Of a DNA stretch of 64,000 bases, positions 57,937-64,000 are shown in pieces. A program made the translations under genes and the position numbers. The DNA comes from a virus. Where the stretch lies: the IMG/VR virus record IMGVR_UViG_3300025425_001694; one strand, given 5' to 3'. Under the pieces are notes generated by a model that did not search any database, was not told the DNA's origin, and was given only the letters and a program-made list of their open reading frames with translations. The stretch's first letter is position 1. Every line of letters begins with the position of its first letter.

Positions 57937-60237
57937 TTACGATCCTTCTATTGTTGTAACGCGTTCTGCTAATTGTTTATAGCCTTCTATCAAAAACGCG
58001 ATTAATGGAATATAATTAACATATTTTTTATCTTCCATGTTTGTAACTAGCGCCGGTAATACTTGCTCGAGTTCTTGCGCTATAACACCATAACTATCAG
58101 TTCCGTTATCTTTCCATTTAAACTTATAAGTACTGATTTGATTTAAAATATTGTTTAAATCAGGAATTGGCATAAAGTCTGTTTTTGCATTTACATCTGA
58201 CAACGAGTTGAAGTTTGTAGCTGAAAGAGTACCAGTTGAAGGATTAAAGTATAGTTTAGTACTTGTTGCGTTAATTGTTTGAACTGCGCCAACATTTTGA
58301 ACAAATACAGGGAAGAAAGACGCATCCGTAGATGTATCATTTGTAGCCTCAAGTTCTGTTGCTGGCGATGCAGCAGCTGCTCCACCTTGAATACCTTGCC
58401 CGCCAGTAATACCTTGGATACCTTGAGTACCAGCACCGGTGATACCTTGTATACCTTGAATACCCTGAGCACCACCAGCACCGCCACCGCCAGTAATACC
58501 TTGGATACCTTGAGTACCAGCACCGGTGATACCTTGGACACCTTGTTCGCCAGTGACACCCTGAATACCTTGGTCGCCAGTGATACCCTGAATACCCTGT
58601 TCGCCAGTAATACCTTGTACACCTTGAGCACCAGTAACACCTTGGATACCTTGCGAACCAACACCGGTGATACCTTGGATACCCTGTTCACCAGCTGTAC
58701 CTTGAGTACCACTAAAACCAATTCCGTCAGCACCTTGTATACCCTGAGCTCCGGTTGCACCACTAATGCCTTGCGACCCAGCTCCAGTAATACCTTGAAT
58801 ACCTTGGCTGCCAGTATTACCGACAATACCCTGCGTTCCAATTTCACCATCTTCGCCTTGAGTACCTTGAAGACCCAGCGGACCTTGAATACCAATTCGG
58901 CCTTGTATACCTTGAGTACCTATACCAGTAATACCTTGAATACCTTGGTTGCCTGTACCGTCAGTACCTTGAATACCTTGTTCGCCAGTGATACCTTGGA
59001 TGCCCTGTTCACCAGCACCAGTAATACCTTGATTACCTTGAGTACCAGCACCGGTAATACCCTGAATACCTTGAGTACCAGCACCGGTAATACCCTGAAT
59101 ACCTTGTGGGCCTACATCGTTTATTTGTAACTCACCGCCCATCGCACTGTGAATAGAGCATTGGTAATATAATGTATTAGGTGCATTATAAGGGACTGCA
59201 AACGTTACAGTCCCTACTTCTGTTCCATTACCTGTTACACCGGCTGTATATTGGTCACCAGTGCCAGTTGTTGCACTTGTTTTAATATAAAAAGGATGAC
59301 CAGACGCGTTTACAATAAATCTATATGTAAAGCCTCTAATTAATTTAATATCTGCGTTACTCACAGAAAAGTCAATTAAATATGCAATATTGCCAGAACT
59401 ATCGACATTAATATCACGAGCGCCTTCAAGGCCTTGAACACCTTGTTCGCCAGTAATACCTTGAATACCCTGAATACCCTGTACTCCGATTGTACCATCT
59501 ATACCCTGAATACCTTGTTCGCCAGTGATCCCTTGGACACCTTGTTCGCCAGTGATGCCCTGAATACCTTGTTCGCCGGTAATGCCTTGGACACCTTGTT
59601 CGCCAGTGATACCTTGAACACCCTGAGCACCTATAGAACCTAAAGTACCGTCAATGCCTTGAACACCCTGTTCACCAATGATACCTTGAATACCTTGAAT
59701 ACCTTGGCGACCTTGAATCGCTGTACCTTGAATACCTTGAATACCTTGGCGACCTTGATTGGCAGTACCTTGAATGCCTTGTCCGCCATCAATACCTTGA
59801 GCACCCTGTGTACCTTGAGTACCTCTAAAGTCTCCAATGTTTACCCAAGTGCTAGAACCTGTATAAGCCCACAACTCATTTAAAGCCTGATCTACTACCG
59901 TGTTACCAACAGCAGCTCCTGGGAAGTTTGCATTAAGTACTGCCTGAGGATCGCTGGAATAATTTACATCAGATTCAGATCCAATAATATTAATTGCGGG
60001 TCCAAAATTACCCTGGATACCTTGAAACCCTTGTACACCCTGTATACCTTGGATTCCTTGATTGCCACCTGTACCAGCCAAATTCCAACTTATACCATCT
60101 GAAGCATATAAGTTGTCATCAGAACCATATACCAGAACATATTGAAATGCAACAGGATCCAAACTTATTGGAAGCTGTTGGAATAACAATTTATCCGGAG
60201 TTGTAGGGGTTCCTCGAATTGTTTTAAGCGACATCAT
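57937..60237 (-). CDS. collagen-like fibre with internal cupredoxin-like domain and C-terminal S74 chaperone
   Basis: GIQ/GIT tracts; GHPF...LYYQCSIHSAMGG; SD...K......F.WK.....GVIAQELE.VLP.LV. Confidence 0.85.
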   Translation of the reverse strand: MMSLKTIRGTPTTPDKLLFQQLPISLDPVAFQYVLVYGSDDNLYASDGISWNLAGTGGNQGIQGIQGVQGFQGIQGNFGPAINIIGSESDVNYSSDPQAVLNANFPGAAVGNTVVDQALNELWAYTGSSTWVNIGDFRGTQGTQGAQGIDGGQGIQGTANQGRQGIQGIQGTAIQGRQGIQGIQGIIGEQGVQGIDGTLGSIGAQGVQGITGEQGVQGITGEQGIQGITGEQGVQGITGEQGIQGIDGTIGVQGIQGIQGITGEQGVQGLEGARDINVDSSGNIAYLIDFSVSNADIKLIRGFTYRFIVNASGHPFYIKTSATTGTGDQYTAGVTGNGTEVGTVTFAVPYNAPNTLYYQCSIHSAMGGELQINDVGPQGIQGITGAGTQGIQGITGAGTQGNQGITGAGEQGIQGITGEQGIQGTDGTGNQGIQGITGIGTQGIQGRIGIQGPLGLQGTQGEDGEIGTQGIVGNTGSQGIQGITGAGSQGISGATGAQGIQGADGIGFSGTQGTAGEQGIQGITGVGSQGIQGVTGAQGVQGITGEQGIQGITGDQGIQGVTGEQGVQGITGAGTQGIQGITGGGGAGGAQGIQGIQGITGAGTQGIQGITGGQGIQGGAAAASPATELEATNDTSTDASFFPVFVQNVGAVQTINATSTKLYFNPSTGTLSATNFNSLSDVNAKTDFMPIPDLNNILNQISTYKFKWKDNGTDSYGVIAQELEQVLPALVTNMEDKKYVNYIPLIAFLIEGYKQLAERVTTIEGS

Positions 60238-60646
60238 CTTGCTCCGCTTGGCCTAATGTATACGATATAGTAACATCAATACTGTTGTTTGATGTTGCTT
60301 TCATTTCAAGAATATCACCAGTATATATAAATTGACCATTCATAGGAAAGGAAAGAACATCAAACTTTGGAAGAGGAATTTCATTTGCTAAATAAAACAC
60401 AGTATTTGAACTTACACGATATATCCTTATACTTACGTCAACAGTTACAATATCGCGATTTGAAATAATTAATGGTGTAATTATTTCTGCTACTCCTGGA
60501 ACCGTTACATTAGTTCCACCAAAAACAAGTTCAGGAATAGAGTAGCTAGGTACTTCAATAATTGGATCCCAGCTTTCTGATAAAGTAACACTGTGACCAA
60601 CTGGTTTTGCGTCTGGCGCCTGGCTCGTGGTAATAATTGTTGTCAT
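60224..60646 (-). CDS. hypothetical virion protein, paralog of 43193-43657
   Basis: similar length, motif pattern and gene context. Confidence 0.6.
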   Translation of the reverse strand: MTTIITTSQAPDAKPVGHSVTLSESWDPIIEVPSYSIPELVFGGTNVTVPGVAEIITPLIISNRDIVTVDVSIRIYRVSSNTVFYLANEIPLPKFDVLSFPMNGQFIYTGDILEMKATSNNSIDVTISYTLGQAEQDDVA

Positions 60647-63600
60647 GTTGATGTCCTACTGTTTGCGGCTCTACGAGCTAACTTTCTTACTGAAGATGTG
60701 AACGGCCTGCCTTCAATTCTGCCGGTTCTGCCGTTAATTCTGAGACCTTTTGCAAAATATTGGTTATTTAATTCGTCTGCTCCAGACCATCTTATTCTCC
60801 CACCGTCTTCTTCAAGAACTGAGGCTGCAGCAGATATTGGTTGTCCTAGTCTTCTCATGTTTATAGGAAGAGCGTTTACGTTAACGCCAGCACTTGCTAA
60901 ATTAAATTGGTGTGAAAGGCTTTCTACTAAACTTCCAAAATTAACAACAACCGGGTTTCGAACACTTGCGGTTAATACTTCGTCTATAAGACCGTCAAGC
61001 ATTGCCTCTTCACCAGCTGTTAGTGTGAATGTACTTTTAATTGTATCACGCATCCGATCCCATGAATTCGTAAATGCGTTTAATAGTGATATATCATTTG
61101 CGCCGTCTGAGGTCCACGCAGATCCGTTCCAATAATGAACTGTTCCGTCATATACATTCGTAACACTTGTGTATACGATATAAGCATCTTTAATTGCTAC
61201 CGTAGATCCAGCTGGTAAATCACCAATCGTGGCAACACTCCCAACGTAGTTAAGACCAACTGTTGTTGGGTTAAATACCGAAAAGACGTGCTTACCTTTA
61301 CCAGTAAATAAACTAGCTGTAAATATACGAGCCCCGGTTTGAGTTCCACCCCTAAAGTCATTTGTGATGGAACGAAGAAAGTTTAGCGCGTCTCTACGCG
61401 TGAGTTCTTCATCTATGAAATTATATGTTGCATTTACATAAGCAACTGTAGTTTTCTGAAGCTGTGCTTTGTTGCTATCTATAATTTCTTTACCGTTTAC
61501 ATAATTCGTAGCTACCCAAGTTAAATTAGGCTCTTCTCTCGCCAACAGATGTGTAAGGGAATTGTTTTTTATAACGTCTTTTAACATATTCGCGAGTGCT
61601 ATACACTTACTTGCTTCAACTTGAGAAGCAGCACCTGATGCAGTGTCTTGCGACGGGTACGTTCCTAACACTATAGATGAACATATTTCTCCGAGCTGTT
61701 CGTAAACAGCAGCAGTTGGTGCTCTTTGAGCTGCTGATAGTGAACTACCCACTTCTCTATTGTAATTTTCAGTATTTACGATTGACGCTATATTTGTTTC
61801 GTAGTTTAAGTCGTGTGTTAACGCATCTATTTTATAGCCAATGTCACGTGTATATGTTGCTACGTTATAGACGAGACTGGAATAATTTGTATTGATCCAA
61901 GCAATTAAGTCTGTTTGGATCAAAGATTTATTTGCAATTAAAAGATCTTTTGCATTTGCATGATTACTAGTGCCTGTACTTGAAAATGTAAGTGCATCTG
62001 CGTTGCCAGTTCCATTCTCAAGGATGTCTATGATTTCATCAAAGGCCGCATCAGTTCTTGTCTCATTTGCAGCGTTTTGTAAAAGATCCTTAACAGAAGA
62101 CTTAAGGAACGATATTGCGCCAGATGTCTCAGTTAGCTGATCGTCAATAACGACTTGCGAGTTTGCTGTTCTATATGAGTTACCATTTAATACTGCCCAG
62201 TAATTTGTACCGAGTGTTAAATCGTTTCCAACTCCGTCTAAGATGTATCCAGTGTCTCTTTTACATTTGGTTGAGTTGTAACCTTCGTAACCAAGAGTAG
62301 TAGTTAGATTACTCCATAGATCGTCTATAACCGTGGTTGATGAGGCCATAATAGTATCAGCAAGAGTATTATTTGCAACTAAAGTTGCTGTAGTTTGTCT
62401 TGGATCGAATATTGGAGTACTACCTTTAGAACGCATTGATATATCACCAAATTGCGTACCTGAGTTATTAAGAGTAATTTGACCACCATCTAAAGCGTAG
62501 AACGAACAGCGTGCAAAAACTGATAGAGATGAAATTCCGTTAATCCCAGCTCCGTTTTTTGCAACATATCCTATTCCGTTTTGTGTACGAGGAGTTGCGC
62601 CAAAGCAAAGCATATAAGGAAAAATTGAATCTGGATCCAAGACTTCTCGATCAGCAATAACCATTCCGCCACCACGACCAACATTTTTGTTTGGAAAGTC
62701 TTCTTCGCCGACAGTAGTAATTGTCGCGCTTCCACCTGAAGAAGATGTGATTGTAGTACTAGACGCAAAACTTTTTGTATTGTTTCTTATGTAAATTGTA
62801 CCTGAACCAATTTCGTCAACTCTTGAAACAAACCCGTTTACATCGTCGCTTGTTGTAATTGAATCGCCTTCTTTAAAAGTTCCAGTTACGCCAGATACAG
62901 TAAGCTCATATCCTAAATCGTAAATAGTTCCACGGCTATTAATTGGATTTAATAACGCAGGAATTTCTTTTTCAAAATAGTTTGATATTTGACTTGAGTC
63001 TCTCACATAAGGAGATCTTGTAATTTTTGCGCCAGGTCTGAATGCAAATGCAAACCCGCTGGTTGGATAATCAAAGTTATCAACTTTTAAATTAAAGAAT
63101 GAAAATCCCTGTACGTAACAGCCTGAACCTAAAAGAATACAGTTGTTAGTTTCGTACCCATCATTCATTACAATCGTCGTTGAATATTGACCTGAAGAAC
63201 CTATCATAGAGCAAAAGTCAGGTAAAGCCAATTCGCCGTTTGTGTAATAGGTTCCTGGCATTACAGTAATGTTAATGATTTGTCTGTCAAGAACACCGGG
63301 TGCTATTGTTTTAGCTTTTTCCTGTGCGATTGTTACAGCACGATCAAGAGTTGCGACTGGAGCAAGATAACTGCCAACATTATTATCACTGCCATCAACA
63401 CTTACATATACTTTTTTAGCTTTTTCAGAAGACTTTGCAATTTCGCTATATAATTGAGAATAAGAAAACGCAACGGTTGTTCCAGCCGACACGTCTTTTA
63501 AATAAAAATAATCATCGTCTTGGACGTCGTCTGTTAAAGGATGCGTGACTGTTATGTTTGGATTTTTAATTGGCGTATTGTCTATTAAGCCACCAGCTAC

Positions 63601-63762
63601 TTTAATATCAGTAAACTGTTCTTTCTGTAACGCCTTTAAAAGTTCATCTCTTGTGATGCTTTTTGTACCGTCTTCACCTTCATCAAGGCTAACCATGACA
63701 AAAAGATCACCGCCTTTTGTTTTATCACCAGAAATCTTTTCAAGATCTGTAATTTTTGACAT
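60643..63762 (-). CDS. large virion structural protein (beta-helix plus helical repeats)
   Basis: MSKITDL start, YVS..GSD.N.G...P.AT..RA, RSPYV, KCKRD.GY..D....DL..G.N repeats; C-terminus matches 43661-45283. Confidence 0.7.
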   Translation of the reverse strand: MSKITDLEKISGDKTKGGDLFVMVSLDEGEDGTKSITRDELLKALQKEQFTDIKVAGGLIDNTPIKNPNITVTHPLTDDVQDDDYFYLKDVSAGTTVAFSYSQLYSEIAKSSEKAKKVYVSVDGSDNNVGSYLAPVATLDRAVTIAQEKAKTIAPGVLDRQIINITVMPGTYYTNGELALPDFCSMIGSSGQYSTTIVMNDGYETNNCILLGSGCYVQGFSFFNLKVDNFDYPTSGFAFAFRPGAKITRSPYVRDSSQISNYFEKEIPALLNPINSRGTIYDLGYELTVSGVTGTFKEGDSITTSDDVNGFVSRVDEIGSGTIYIRNNTKSFASSTTITSSSGGSATITTVGEEDFPNKNVGRGGGMVIADREVLDPDSIFPYMLCFGATPRTQNGIGYVAKNGAGINGISSLSVFARCSFYALDGGQITLNNSGTQFGDISMRSKGSTPIFDPRQTTATLVANNTLADTIMASSTTVIDDLWSNLTTTLGYEGYNSTKCKRDTGYILDGVGNDLTLGTNYWAVLNGNSYRTANSQVVIDDQLTETSGAISFLKSSVKDLLQNAANETRTDAAFDEIIDILENGTGNADALTFSSTGTSNHANAKDLLIANKSLIQTDLIAWINTNYSSLVYNVATYTRDIGYKIDALTHDLNYETNIASIVNTENYNREVGSSLSAAQRAPTAAVYEQLGEICSSIVLGTYPSQDTASGAASQVEASKCIALANMLKDVIKNNSLTHLLAREEPNLTWVATNYVNGKEIIDSNKAQLQKTTVAYVNATYNFIDEELTRRDALNFLRSITNDFRGGTQTGARIFTASLFTGKGKHVFSVFNPTTVGLNYVGSVATIGDLPAGSTVAIKDAYIVYTSVTNVYDGTVHYWNGSAWTSDGANDISLLNAFTNSWDRMRDTIKSTFTLTAGEEAMLDGLIDEVLTASVRNPVVVNFGSLVESLSHQFNLASAGVNVNALPINMRRLGQPISAAASVLEEDGGRIRWSGADELNNQYFAKGLRINGRTGRIEGRPFTSSVRKLARRAANSRTST

Positions 63763-63862
63763 GACTAGTTAACCTTTTTTCTTATATTTATAAAACAAAA
63801 CATATCGCTGATGTAAATTTAAAAACTATAACTAATTTATATTTATCATTATTGATTTAAAT

Positions 63863-64000
63863 TTACACGGCCCCGTAAATAGTGCCGTTGTTTGTTATAG
63901 TTACGTTAGGGCTAGTTGTTTCTATAGCTTTACCACCAGTTCCGCCAAGTTTACCACCGCGGCCGGCATTAGCACCCCAACCACCTCCACCACCGCCAGA
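63863..64000 (-). CDS. 3' end of a gp38-like glycine-rich adhesin (truncated by the window edge)
   Basis: SGGGGGGWGANAGRGGKLGGTGGKAIETTSPNVTITNNGTIYGAV*, resembling the T2-type gp38 C-terminus (GGGGGWG...GG.A.......G.IYG). Confidence 0.6.
   Translation of the reverse strand, partial: SGGGGGGWGANAGRGGKLGGTGGKAIETTSPNVTITNNGTIYGAV

Noticed and set aside
1-64000. tRNA genes, introns, inteins, homing endonucleases, integrase or transposase
   Set aside because: No cloverleaf or T-loop motif was noticed in the short intergenic gaps; core genes are of normal length and uninterrupted; no such protein motifs were recognised by eye (tRNAscan/Infernal would be decisive)

Overview
A 64-kb segment of a T4-like myovirus genome, probably from a marine or aquatic phage. 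A Shemin-pathway 5-aminolevulinate synthase points to an alphaproteobacterial host. The left ~20 kb (+ strand) holds early/accessory genes behind near-identical sigma70-type promoter cassettes: a glycosyltransferase, rnh, a HAD phosphatase, phoH, an exonuclease, a DenV-like glycosylase, DUF932, hemA, an APS-kinase-like/nucleotidyltransferase pair and dsbA. Embedded among them is a late island (PAAR, giant Gly-X-Gln collagen fibre, subtilase) whose ribosome-binding site sits in a hairpin around a late promoter. The right ~44 kb (- strand) holds the T4 head/tail core (gp23, 22, 21, 20, 19, 18, 17, 16, 15, 14, 13) and a large late accessory region. That region has seven paralogous proteins each built from exactly six ~46-aa repeats (inferred Kelch-like beta-propellers) that share near-identical DNA blocks across 25 kb, plus a one-repeat mini-gene. 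It also has two paralogous [beta-helix protein, adaptor, collagen-S74 fibre] modules and many tailoring enzymes (glycosyltransferases, RmlB, methyltransferases, a sulfotransferase, 2OG-Fe(II) oxygenases). The most promising candidate for an undescribed system is this repeat-shuffled propeller library together with a putative collagen-fibre glycosylation/sulfation pathway. All family assignments come from motif recognition by eye; no database search was run.
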